From the NCBI GenBank assembly GCA_010015585.1, contig ML975179.1: DNA of 64,000 bases, one strand, 5' to 3'. The notes under the pieces are model-generated. The model had not been told where the DNA came from and did not search any database. It saw nothing but the letters and a program-made list of their open reading frames with translations. Below are positions 11,675 to 23,345 of the stretch, one piece after another (position 1 is the stretch's first letter; every line of letters starts with the position of its first letter). Position numbers and translations under genes: made by a program. Source of the stretch: Eremomyces bilateralis CBS 781.70. Taxonomy: Eukaryota.

Positions 11675-12565
11675 CTCCATAGTACATGAATTTTGCAATA
11701 CCTAATAATCCACATGGTCAACGAATGACGGAACACAAGTTATCGAAGGAGCTAAGTTAGGGCTGTTATAACTAGTTTAAACTGCCCTTACTTGGAGGTA
11801 ATTTATTCTGGCGAATAAATCCAGTCACACTATATTAATCTGATCGTTTTGAAGATGGCGCGGGATACTACTGGTATTTCTGGTACGCTAGATGTTCCTT
11901 TGGTCTCTGTCGGTTTTCAACAGCCCTCAGATCTTGCGGCAGCTAAACAGTCTGGTGGCTGAATATGATTAACAACCAATGAATTGCAGCTGTTCCCTCT
12001 CAAATCCTGATCCTGACCCTCGTCTGAACACCGCAATATCCTAATTTTATGGCTTCAGTTCCCTGTCGGCGGGGAGGTGCAGTTTCGCTGTGAAGGTGGC
12101 TTGGGACAGTTGGACGCAGATCAGTCAGCCGCTCGGGCGATACTCTTCTCTGCTGTCCCATGTCTGTTCAGTGTCCACATATGTCATGGTGACGATTGGG
12201 GCCACAACCCCCGCATTGGCCATTGCATAGCGCGCGCAGACCCCTTGACCGCTGCGGTACTACGTAGTAGGCTTTTTTGGATTTCCGCTTTGGGAGATAC
12301 CATGCGCTCAACTACGTACTGATTCTTTCATTACGAGGCCGTACCTTGTGGAGCTTCTCTTTTCCACAAATTTCGAATTTTGAGCCGTATTCCTACAATC
12401 ACAGCCACAGGGTTTGCAGAAGTGCAAAAATAGATCGGACCAAACCGCAATTGGAACCACGTCGCGCTCACTGACGATGCTTCAGCATAATATAAGACGT
12501 TGGCCTGCCGGACGAGATAGGTTTTCTGGCTCGAACCATAAGCAGATATCATAATCATAATCACC

Positions 12566-14377
12566 ATGCGGACGACTTCATCCATCCTCACACTCTCCCT
12601 CCTCGCGGGCAGCTATGCCGTCCCTCACGTCCAGCTCCAAAACCGACTGCCGGGCATCGAATGGGCCGATTGTCCCCCAGAACTCAACGCCTTCGACCCC
12701 CACGGTCGCACGTTCGGATGCGGAACTTTAGAAGTTCCTTTGGACTATACCGGCGAAATCCCTGGTACTCTGAACCTTGACGTAATCAAGATTCCGGCAT
12801 TGAAGCAACCCAAGAAGGGGAGCATCTTGTTCAACTGGGGAGGTCCCGGCGGGGATGGACTCGTGAATATGGCCAGCGCATCACCAATTGTTCAGCCGTA
12901 AGATAGTCACTGATTATTGCTTGCTGCTCATACTGACTGACCTTGTAAGTATCACTGGCGGTGAACACGACCTTATCAGCTGGGATCCCCGGTATGTCTC
13001 ACTTCCGAAACCCGTCTCTACACCGATGGACTGACGCATCTACAGAGGCACCGGTAAAACACTTGCCTACAACTGCTATCCCAACGCCACCGACAGAGCT
13101 GCAACACTCGCTTGGCACCATGCACAGCTCGCTAATGCAAGCGAGGCTGCTCTTGGACGAACTTGGGCTGAGGGTCAGATTCTGGCGGACGACTGTGGCG
13201 AGACGTTGAAGGATGTTGGCAACCTTGTTGGCACTGCTTTTACCGTCCGAGATATGTTCCAGATCGTCGACGCTCTTGGCGAGGACGGGAAATTGCGATT
13301 CTGGGGTAAGGTTCCACGGTGATGAAATGGCGATTGGTGTGGTTCTAACTTGACCATTAGGGTTTTCATATGGTACTTTGCTTGGAGCAACGGCTCTGGC
13401 CATGTTCCCGGATCGGATAGACAGAGCTATCCTGGACGCCGTCCAGAATCCCATGGAATATTATCACACATTGTAAGCTTCCCCACCCCGTTCATAGGAC
13501 TAGAGACTGACGCTCACCAAAGTGGCGACCCCGAAATGTACACGGACACCGACGAAACATGGCAAGAGTTCCTCAAGGCTTGCATTGAAAACCCGAACGC
13601 CTGCGCATTGGCCAAGCACGCATCGAGCGCGGGAGAGCTGGGAGAGAAGATTGACCGGCTCATCGAGGACCTCAAAGAAGAGCCCATTCCCGCCGGACAG
13701 TCCATCGTCGGCTACACAGAGATCAAGAGCCTCATGAACAGCAAGCTCTACTTTCCTACTCACTACCGCGATCTTGCCGAGCAGCTCGAATTGATACTCA
13801 CCCGAAACACCACGGCACCCGCAGTTCTTGGCGACGTAGAAGACCCGGAAGCTGCTGCCGCGTCCAGTCCTGAAGCTTTGTTTGGGATCCGGTGCTCAGA
13901 CAAGTTTCTGCGAACCGATGACCTCGATCTAGTCCGCGCGGAACTCGAAGGCCAGCTCTATAAAGTAAGCGCTATGTTTGGCGACGCTCCCACCAACATC
14001 ATCACCGCCTGCCCGCAATGGAATTTCGCAGCCAAGGAGCGATATAGCGGTGATTTCCGCGTCAAAACTAGCTCTCCTGCCTTGATCATCGGGAACACGT
14101 GGGATCCGGTGACGCCATGGAAGTCGGCTCAGACCGTTTCCGAGTTATTTGAGGGATCGGCCCTTTTGAAGCATAACGGCCACGGTGTAAGTGCAACGAG
14201 ATTCCAACCAGGAAGAAGAACGCTAACTGACATCCGCAGCACATGACGATTGCGCAACCATCCGCATGCACGTCCAAGCACATTGCCGACTACTTCCTCG
14301 CTGGAACACTGCCACAGCCAGGAACAGTTTGTGAGCCGGACACTCCGTTGTTCCACGAGAGACCGACAGCTTCGTAA
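12566..14377 (+). CDS. Secreted alpha/beta-hydrolase, tripeptidyl-aminopeptidase (TAP)-like, multi-exon
   Basis: Signal-peptide-like N-terminus. Motifs [24 protein letters not shown], nucleophile [17 protein letters not shown] and GHGH across an intron. Confidence 0.87.
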
Positions 14378-14559
14378 AGGGTGTGGGTTGGAATAGATTT
14401 GTCTCTATTTGCATGTCCTAGATCGAACAGCACATTTCTATTTCCTTCAATTGTATCAATAGTATTTCCCATCTTGTTAGCTCCTAGATGTTAATACATA
14501 ATACCATCTATAACTATCTGATGTTGAGTTTAGAGATTTATCTCTGTCATGTGACTAAA

Positions 14560-14710
14560 CCTCAATCCATAACTAAGTTAGTTAGTTATGGATAACTAAG
14601 TTAACTAGAAAGCTGTAAGTTAGTTAGTTACATAACTAACTAGTTATTGCTTGGTTTAAGTTAACTAACTTAGTTAGTAGTAACTAGTTAGTCAATAACT
14701 AGTTATTAGA
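14560..14710. repeat. AT-rich array of TAAC(T)/AGTTA motifs with local inverted repeats
   Basis: Many TAAC/GTTA units. Perfect 11-bp inverted repeat TCCATAACTAA...TTAGTTATGGA at 14566-14592. Confidence 0.75.
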
Positions 14711-15382
14711 TACCGGTCGAAAAAATTTCCGTATTTCAGAAGGGATCCTGATCTGGCCTAGGATATGAAATCAAAGACCGCAGATTTCTGAGGTTCTTGA
14801 TGCATAGATTGACCGGAATAGATGCAAAGTCTATCGACCCGGAATGATCCCTTCGCGCCGCAAGTCCGAATCGCGGTATTTTCAGCGTTTCGAACGTTAT
14901 TTTTTCGAGGTAACTCAATTTCGTCCCCCCGGAGGTTCCTTGTTCCACTGTTCGGACAGGAGGTTTCCCTCCGTTTCTGGTGTCTAATCTCTTTTGCCCC
15001 TCCGCCTATCAATGCCACATTCACAACTTTGACCATGACAAAATATGGCTCTCTATTGAACGCAATTCTTCATCGTCTATCGAGTTACAACATTTCCATC
15101 GTAGTATGATATATTACTTCCTATTCAAGTATGTTGGTATGGGCTCGGGCTACACCAATACGTGAGAATCCTGCCCAGTAGTCTACTGAAGAGGAGGCCG
15201 TCGGCCGAGGCAATTCGGTTGTTCAGATACACGTTCCGTATGACAGTGGGAGTTGAGGATTATATTTCATCTACACGACATAAGCAGCAGAATCATATCT
15301 CGCTGAGGTCATTAGGCGAGTGGTTTCATTGATTACGTTTATAAAATCTGTCGATACGCTTTCTTTGAGTACTTGAACAACC

Positions 15383-15946
15383 ATGGCTCCAACTCCTAGT
15401 CATACCGAGGTTCCGCAGTCGACGATTGATCACTTCAAATCGATACCATGGTGTTCACCTTCTATCTCCGATCCATCCTTCCGTCTCGTGAGCATGTCGC
15501 GTACTCTTACCCAGCCTGGAAATGGCCATTCTCTTATGGCGGCCACATGGAACACCGACGAAACGATCAAGGAGCTGCTTTCAATGTACCGGCCTGCTGA
15601 CAAGTCCACTGGCCAGACCGGGGAGGTTCGCAGGTTCTATACATTTGGGACTGGACTGAATTCCCATGCGAACGTGCTTCATGGTGGAGTGATTGGCTCG
15701 ATTCTTGATAGCAGTATGGGGAATGCCATTGGCCAAGGGATACCAGACCGAACCCCAACTTTTACCGTACAGTTGAATATCAGCTACAAGAACCCGGTTA
15801 AAACACCTGGAACCATTATGGCACGTTCATGGGTCGTGAAAGCAGAGGGGAGAAAGATATGGGTCCAGGGGGTGATTGAAAGTGGCAACGGGATTGTTCA
15901 TGCAACCTCTGAAGGCATCTGGCTCAGGGCAAAGCCAAATATGTGA
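15383..15946 (+). CDS. PaaI/hotdog-fold thioesterase
   Basis: GLNSHANVLHGGVIGSILDSSMG and TVQLNISYKNPVKTP motifs; intronless, 187 aa. Confidence 0.9.
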   Translation: MAPTPSHTEVPQSTIDHFKSIPWCSPSISDPSFRLVSMSRTLTQPGNGHSLMAATWNTDETIKELLSMYRPADKSTGQTGEVRRFYTFGTGLNSHANVLHGGVIGSILDSSMGNAIGQGIPDRTPTFTVQLNISYKNPVKTPGTIMARSWVVKAEGRKIWVQGVIESGNGIVHATSEGIWLRAKPNM

Positions 15947-17099
15947 AAGAGGAGGACGACAACGGAATCAGATATCCTCTATATTCGAAAAGGATCGGTG
16001 CGGATGTGACACCGAGGAAACTTGGACGGCTCATGCCATCTGGATCGGCAGATTTGGCATCATCAGATGCCGCTTCGCTCTAGCCAGATTAAACATACGC
16101 ATTCAACCTGAAGACTTGCTGCGAAAGACTCATTCACTTCCACGACCGCCGTTTATGCAGTGCTCGGCCTGACTCAAACCACATGCATATCTGGTATTTA
16201 CATTTGTGGCATAGGCCACATCCACACAGGCCGTCAGCGAACAAGAGCTAGCAGAGGAGCGGGAGAAGGAAAAATTCATACAGCCAACCTCAGAACCTTA
16301 CAGTCACCCCCCCTACTACTGATCAGGTGCATGCTTCTACCATTATTTAAATGCTTGGAATGCTCCTTATGCTAGCCACGATCCGATGTCGACAGCGTCA
16401 AAGTCAAGCTAGGAGGGCCTCATCGCATAGATTTTCTTTGGAGTTTTACTCGCGAGGGCTCTATAGATCATAGACATTGGGAGAAGTTCTTGAAATGGAA
16501 ATTGCACAAATCTCTCCAAGATTGCTGACAGCCGCTGCAATGAGCGGTGGAACGAATTCGAACTGGAAGACTTACCATTTCCATAACACCAAGACTGGCA
16601 ACGGCACCATATGATATAGATGCATGGTTTCACACTACAACCCCGTCTAAATCAGGCTCAGCCTGAACCGCGTTCTCAGCAAGTCCACTTCAGCATGTGT
16701 TGATTGGAGCTTGTTTGGCGCTGTTGGGTCTACGGTATCTTCCACAATACGACGAGCTCATGAAACAGCACGACAGCATTATGGCAGTGCAACACCGTCA
16801 TCTTAAAAGATTGGTGACTTCACGTGTAACACGCCATAGCTATTGTGCCGACATGATGCCCTCCATACTATCGCTGTCGCGGCTCGAAAGGACTGGATTG
16901 TGGGGTCATCAGTTGGAGTATAAAGCCGAAACTTTGAATTTGTACTTAAACACCATGTTTGTAAAGCACACTTTCTCGCTTTGGTCTTCGTAGTTTGGTC
17001 ATCATGTTATTCGTCTCGTCGAGAAAGCGTACACCCTGGATCCTGTCATGCCACCTCTGAACGCCGTAGGAACGATGGATCTACCTCATTACTCTGTTC

Positions 17100-18662
17100 T
17101 TACTCACCCTCTCCTGTGGCCTTGGATTTCAACGCTTTTTTCACCCATGTCCCAATCTCATCTACGGAGCTCTGGGGCTCTCGCTTCCTTGTGATCAAGA
17201 AGTTCTGGATTTCCGCTGGAGAGAACTTGGACGACGGCACTTGTGCGGCAAACTGCTCCGATAAATCCTTCAATTCCGATTCTGTCCAGTCCCGCTCCTT
17301 CTCGGCGCATTTCATTGGGCTGGCGTCATCGAGATACATACGTAGGAAGATGTGCTTGACCTGGACACTGGTCGCGAGGCTGAAATTCACCAGGAAGTCC
17401 ACACGTCCCGGACGCACGAGGGCCGGGTCAAGTTTTTCCGGATGATTTGTTGTCATGAGCAGGACATGCCCTTCGTGGCCTCCAACCCCGTCAATCGCAT
17501 TCAGCAATCCAGAAAGAGTAACAGATGTCTTGATTTCCCCACGGCCTTTGGGTTTTCCTACTCTTGACCCAGTGCTCGATGCTTCTTCTGAATCGTCCTC
17601 TCTCTTGCCACGTTTATCTCCTAGTCCTGCTGAATCAATATCTTCCAGCAGAACCAAACACCTTTCAGGCAGGTCTCTGAAGGCAGCACCCAGGACTGCG
17701 TCGTTGATTTCCGGGTCTCTGATTGTGATGATATACACAGAGAGGCCAAACGTACTGGCAAGAGCGAACGACAGACTCGACTTTCCTGTGCCGGGTGGAC
17801 CTGATAATAGGTAACCTCGTCGATATGGAATTCCGCGACGTGCGTACCACAACCGAGATTTCGGTCGGAAAAAGTCGTTCATATCCGAGACGATGGTGGA
17901 TTTCATGTCATCATCCATGTCAACGGTGCTTAACGGTCGAGAGGGACGTTCCCCGGCGCGGCGCCAGAATACGTATCCCCGCGTCTCGATACAGTAGATC
18001 GAGGTGGATGCGGAATCCGAGTTTTCCTTGGCATTCCACTCCTGAACATCGACAAGCAGTGACAAAATGGATTTGGTCGTCAAGCCCACGGTGCGGATTC
18101 GGATTTCCTCGACTTCCCTTTCATCTCTTCCTGCCAGACGGCGTATTCTCGTGATGAGGAACAACCTTCGATTATGCCAGATTCGGTTTTCGGTATTGAA
18201 ATACGGACTGAGAGAAGGCGGAATCAGAGCGTTCATCTCGGAAAAATTCATGACTGGCCGGTTCAGATCCGCGAGCGCGGCATTTTCGAAATCATCGTAC
18301 TTTGCATCGTCCGTCCACCAAGCCCCTTCCGACCGGTCGGAGTAAATCTCTCCACAACGAATAGACTTGGAACTGTCATGCTTCAGGAGCCACGACATGA
18401 ATGTGGTGTATAATTCATCATCTTCCCTAATGTAGACGGTAGAAGTGATGTAGTCGAGCACATGGTCGAGGGCCGCTCTAAAGAAGTAGATGGCAGAGGA
18501 TGGAAGAGCAAAGAAAATGAACGACACCAGCAGTAACGTATCGGAGTTGACACCCGTGAATGCCGCCAGGGGAGCGACTAGATCTGGAAGCGGAGAAAAT
18601 GATCGTAGCGTCTGAGAGGAGTATCCTGCAAACCCAAACGATGAGTTGGTTTGGTTTACCAT
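17100..18662 (-). CDS. BCS1-like AAA+ ATPase (BCS1_N + AAA), probably a paralogue
   Basis: GIPYRRGYLLSGPPGTGKSS (Walker A), VLLEDID (Walker B), TLSGLLNAIDG, MTTNHPEKLDPALVRPGRVD, and one N-terminal hydrophobic segment. First ATG at 18662. Confidence 0.9.
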   Translation of the reverse strand: MVNQTNSSFGFAGYSSQTLRSFSPLPDLVAPLAAFTGVNSDTLLLVSFIFFALPSSAIYFFRAALDHVLDYITSTVYIREDDELYTTFMSWLLKHDSSKSIRCGEIYSDRSEGAWWTDDAKYDDFENAALADLNRPVMNFSEMNALIPPSLSPYFNTENRIWHNRRLFLITRIRRLAGRDEREVEEIRIRTVGLTTKSILSLLVDVQEWNAKENSDSASTSIYCIETRGYVFWRRAGERPSRPLSTVDMDDDMKSTIVSDMNDFFRPKSRLWYARRGIPYRRGYLLSGPPGTGKSSLSFALASTFGLSVYIITIRDPEINDAVLGAAFRDLPERCLVLLEDIDSAGLGDKRGKREDDSEEASSTGSRVGKPKGRGEIKTSVTLSGLLNAIDGVGGHEGHVLLMTTNHPEKLDPALVRPGRVDFLVNFSLATSVQVKHIFLRMYLDDASPMKCAEKERDWTESELKDLSEQFAAQVPSSKFSPAEIQNFLITRKREPQSSVDEIGTWVKKALKSKATGEGE

Positions 18663-19352
18663 TATGAGTACCACATTTGAGAATAAATAACAGAATACCT
18701 TGTGGGACTACAGCACGAGGCATCCTGAGAAATCTGGCACGCTTTTAAATGAGCCGAAAAGGCGACCAACTATCGACGCCGGAACAAACTCATCGAGTGT
18801 TGCCTGGTTGTTGATGGTTCGCATGTAATTTGCCACGAGCCTTGCCGGTCCCAAAGCGCTCGCCATCAGGCAGTGAGCAATACATACAGATGGTATCCAG
18901 GAGGCCCAACACCTCAGCCTCATCGAGGCAAGGAGGGGGCGATAAGTGTTCGGCAGCTTCATTGAATGTTAAGGCTGAGATGCTCGAGGGTAGCCTATAC
19001 TTAGACGCTTTCCCAGCACTAGAGGATTTATGACAAGAGAGTAAACCGCCAACATCAGCTGAGGAGGTCAATGTGAGGGGGCGCAAATTTGTCCTGACCG
19101 GAAAATTCAAAGCCAGAGGATACAGAAACAGGAAGCAGAAGCTGAGCAACACGTACGCTGCTTTTCTGCCTGGAGGCATTAAGAATCAAGATTCAAGCCA
19201 CTAACAGTTCCGTCGCTTGGGTCTGTTCTCCGCCACAGTAGATGTGTGTGCATGTTTTCAAGATTTTCATTGAACTTCGCAGATATAATAGTTGTACTGT
19301 CTATTCCAAGTTACAGCGGCCGCTGCAACTAAGCTATGAGCCTGATCCAATG

Positions 19353-20135
19353 CTAGGACACACCAGAACTCGAGTGTTTGTTCTTCTTCGCCCCTCGCGC
19401 TTGGACCAAACTTGCCAACTCGTTCCCATTATCGGTTTGAAGGGATTTGAACCCTTCTATAACGCCTTCACGATCTTCGTCGCCTATTTCCTGACTCATT
19501 TTACACTTCCCCTCCAGCCGATCGATATCGATCTCAATCCCGATGATGGCCTTCTTCCTCTGATCGATATACGCTGCAGGAGCATCACTGACTTCCCATG
19601 CAGATGGACACTCTCCGCCGCTATGGCCCATTAGATGCTCCTCGCAGTATTTGCTCAGATCCGTTATCTGCGACTGGAGATAGATTTGAGTAACTGGATC
19701 CTGGTGGTCAAAGTAGATGGTGGCGCGGCCGTAGAGTTGAACGGCTGCGTAATTCCAAGTAGGGACGACCTTTCCGGTGGCTGGCTTCGTCTTCACGTAG
19801 AACTTCGGCGTGACATATGAATCCACTTTGCTGGTGAAGAGGACGGAAACCTCTTGCTCCACTGCGCCATTTGAGGATGTCGAACGTGCTGCTTCAGCAA
19901 GGGCCTTTGAATGGGGATTCGCTCTCGCCATGTGTCCTCGTAGTTTCCCAAGTCCCCGCTCTTCCTCTACGTCACTCGTACCATCGATGTCTAATATCCA
20001 CGGGATATGGCTGCATTGTATCGTCGGAAAATTCGAAGACGGTAGCGCCGTGACAAGGATTCCGAGGGGATTATCTTGGATGAATTGGCGCAGAGCCTCA
20101 ACATCGGATTCGGCATGGATAGCGCGTAAATACAT
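19353..20135 (-). CDS. PaiB / FMN-binding split-barrel family protein
   Basis: MYLRAIHAE, NPLGILVT, SHIPWIL, LRGHMARANPH, YVTPKFY, VVPTWNYAAV, GKCKMSQE. Confidence 0.9.
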   Translation of the reverse strand: MYLRAIHAESDVEALRQFIQDNPLGILVTALPSSNFPTIQCSHIPWILDIDGTSDVEEERGLGKLRGHMARANPHSKALAEAARSTSSNGAVEQEVSVLFTSKVDSYVTPKFYVKTKPATGKVVPTWNYAAVQLYGRATIYFDHQDPVTQIYLQSQITDLSKYCEEHLMGHSGGECPSAWEVSDAPAAYIDQRKKAIIGIEIDIDRLEGKCKMSQEIGDEDREGVIEGFKSLQTDNGNELASLVQARGAKKNKHSSSGVS

Positions 20136-21120
20136 TGAAGTGATTTCCCTTTCAACTTCCTCTTCAAAATTCGACCGGTGCCGTCATTAGTGAACTTCGC
20201 GGTCGTCGAGGGTTGAGTCAGAGCTGGAGAAATCCGAATTATTATCCGATACCGGTACGGCCGTTGCGGTGGAGAAGAGAGGTAAACCGACTCCTGAATC
20301 GACAAGGCACCAACATGGAATCTGGGCTAGGCCCAATCATCCGTGGACGGCGGTGCATTACCCGTGACTCTAGGTCTGGAGTTCAGGAGTACCGAATTAC
20401 GGAATAGACAAGGGCAATTCGGCAGACCTGACTCCATTTTTTGGACAAGTGGTTCTGTGCCGACAGATTCCATAGGCCAGACGCTAGATATCCTGAATAT
20501 CAACTCCTAATGGTTGGTGCCCATTTGCGAATTCGTTGTAGGGGCTCCAGGGAGTGTAGCTGGAAAGAGATTCGGCTCATCGCGGCGGTCTCCAAGTTTC
20601 TGGGCTCTGGCTTCACCTCTCTGGGCTCTCCTCGAGCCTCAAGACCCAAGCCTCCCTTGGACGCGACTCAGAATTGGGCAGTCCTCTCTAGCATCCGACG
20701 TCACACATGGCAGAGATCCATGCCATCCCTGAATAGCCGACGTTCACAACAATAAGGTTAAAGATAGCGTTGACATCTCGGCTGTGGTGTTTTCAGGAGG
20801 TAAGCCGGCCCCATTTCCTTGTGACTGGTGACACCGATCGATTGGGTTCTTGGCTCTGATTCGATAGCACACTGAGCAAGCAAGCCTTCCCTCCAACTTT
20901 CATCCTGTGCTGGATTATTATTTACAGTTTCTCCGTATTATTGCAATCCTTTCCGCGTCGATTGCCGAATCAGGCCATAGTCGTCAGCACCCGCATTTGT
21001 TGGGTCCTTATATATAGGATTAAGTCTGCAGCCTCCCGAGTCCCGCATCCCCTCTTCCATTAACCTACTAAAATCTCCCCCCTATTTCACCTTGTTTTTG
21101 AATCGACTTCCGTCACCGCC

Positions 21121-22270
21121 ATGGCGTCCAGATCGAAGACAAGTTCCGTGAAAGCGGACAGCTTTTTGATTAAGGCTCTCAAAGCTTCGCCGTTCATAGT
21201 TCTATCTGCAGCTGCAGCCAGGCTCATGACCTTTGAGGGCCCTGAAATTATTGAGGCAGGCAAAATGGTTGTGGCCAGAAAGCTCACTTGGGATGGCAAC
21301 TCCCTCGCGCTAAGAGAGCATTTCTACCATATCAAATTCATCGACGACTTGTTGCGCCCCATTGTTGCCGTATTTTCGAGCTGGCTGCTCGCTGTCGAGC
21401 CGGTTGGTTGGTGGCAGATGCTCACGTTCATCTGTGACTTTGGGGTCGTGTACACGATTTGGATATTTGAGTCTCTCAGGGGTGGAAACCAGTATACCGC
21501 CGCTCGCATGTAAGAACTTGGTCTGACTCGTGGTTGAATCGCGAAAGCCGCTGACCCGCATCAGACCTGCCTTCTTTGGTACACTGGCTCAACTTCGAGG
21601 CTTCGGTGTTATTGGGCCCGTTTACTATTTCCTCAACTACATAACAGCGGCTCCTGCTGCCGTCCTGAAGAACCCTCAGATGCGTTCAATCAACGTCAAA
21701 GTTGCGTGGACGACGTTGCCCCTGATGGCTCTACTGTTCTACGTCCCACATTTCGTGTCCCATCTCCATCCTTCCTACGCCACTCGACTGGATGCGAATT
21801 GGCTGTGGCAGCCGTTTCCGCTCTTCGTCGGAGCGGTCCAGATCCTCGTCAATATCCTCAACCCGGGAGGACAGCCTCGCGCAAACCGCACTGGAACCGT
21901 TGGATTGGGGATTATGCAACTCACCCTGATTCCGTTGATCCTGGTGGCAATCGGCGCATGGCTCTACGTCCTTCTGAATTCTCCCTTCTCGCCTCTCGAG
22001 ATCTTCACACCGGTCGTGGATGCGTCCGGGAGCCATTGGTCAACGTTCATGACCAACTTTGTCCAATGGGATGAGGTATTCGGTGCGGCCAGCTCGCACC
22101 TTTGGCTTTTGTACGCGTACGTGGATCTCAAACGTGCCGGGATACTTGACACGAGCCTGGTGACCGTCGTCTTATGTGGTGTTCCGCTGTTTGTCGCTTT
22201 GGGGCCTGGAGCCACCTTTGGAATTGGATGGCTGGTTAGAGAGCGCATTTTGGCATCCCAATCTGCGTAA
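21121..22270 (+). CDS. Multi-pass membrane protein, CtvD/AurD-like (also resembles the C-terminal domain of some fungal FAD monooxygenases); one intron ~21510-21564
   Basis: Hydrophobic protein with IWIFESLRGGN, LAQLRGFGVIGPVYYF, WLWQPFP, FVQWD and LGPGATFGIGWLVRE motifs. Confidence 0.65.
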
Positions 22271-22797
22271 CCAGTTTCCCCAATGGCCTCCAACCTAGGG
22301 CTCCATGTGAGATTTCGGAACGAATTTCGCAGGCTCGAGAATCCTTGTGCATCCAGGGTGCTAGCAACGTATCCGAAGAAACCAACCTAGAAAGCCTGAA
22401 TGAGTGAAGTTTCTGTCGCAAACGAGAATGACTTTAGGGGACTTAGGATCCCCTCCAACAAGATCTAGAATGGAGTTGTCATAAAGTGCCTGGGAGCTGA
22501 AGAATCCGGCTTGCCAGTAGCGATTCTATACCAGCAACAGATGTGAATATGTGTCAGCATGTACTCAACTGACGGTTGCATTTAGAGCATCTGTTATTAC
22601 ACGTCCGCGAATGGGACTCCCCTAGATGGGATAATCTGTTCATGGCGCTCATAAAACTTCAATCCCAAATCAACAGTGTTGTTATAGGGAAGCCATCAAT
22701 TGTGATAGGCTTCTCGGTCTTGCGCCATTCATCAGCTTGATAACCCAGAGGTAGAGAAGCTGATTCGGCCGCGCTTCTGGAGACAGCTCCGGATTCA

Positions 22798-23345
22798 TCA
22801 TTTTGCCATCTCTTCCTCAGTCCTTTTCCTTTCCGCTTTCTCCGTCCGGGCCTGTTCGATCCAAACTAGAAATGATGTCAACGCGAATGATACTGTCATA
22901 GATGCCGAAACAACTTACTTGTTTTGTCCGACTTTGAGTGCTTCTTCAAGTCCGTCACGAACTTATCGAACTCCTCTTCTCGCTTCTGACGGTTTTGAAT
23001 TGCCCGCCGTTGGAGATCGGGATTGTACTTCTACGAGGAGTCAGCTTCTGAGCATTTTATGAACGATGAATGGCCTAGGTGGGAGCTGGTATAGACGCAG
23101 CTCCGGGACAGCATTCTGGTAACGAGCAAAGACATTAAGGAAGAGGGTCCGGACGTGAAGAACTCCTGTGAACGTACTTTGAATAATTCCTCTTCCGTCG
23201 GTGTGACATAGTAGACCAACGCTGGGCCACCGATGACACAGACTGCCGTCCTAGAGAGTTATCAGCGTTGCTCTCAAGTCTCAACCCAGGTCGTTCCGAT
23301 CACATACACGGCAGCCATCTTTCCAAAGAGCCGCCAACCGGGCAT
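22798..23345 (-). CDS. CBP4: Cytochrome b (complex III) assembly factor, 4 exons
   Basis: Spliced protein [79 protein letters not shown]...EMAK*. All introns GT-AG. Confidence 0.88.

Noticed and set aside
17100..23345. BCS1-like gene plus CBP4 as a complex III assembly cluster
   Set aside because: The ATPase looks like one of the divergent fungal BCS1-like paralogues, so proximity may be chance.
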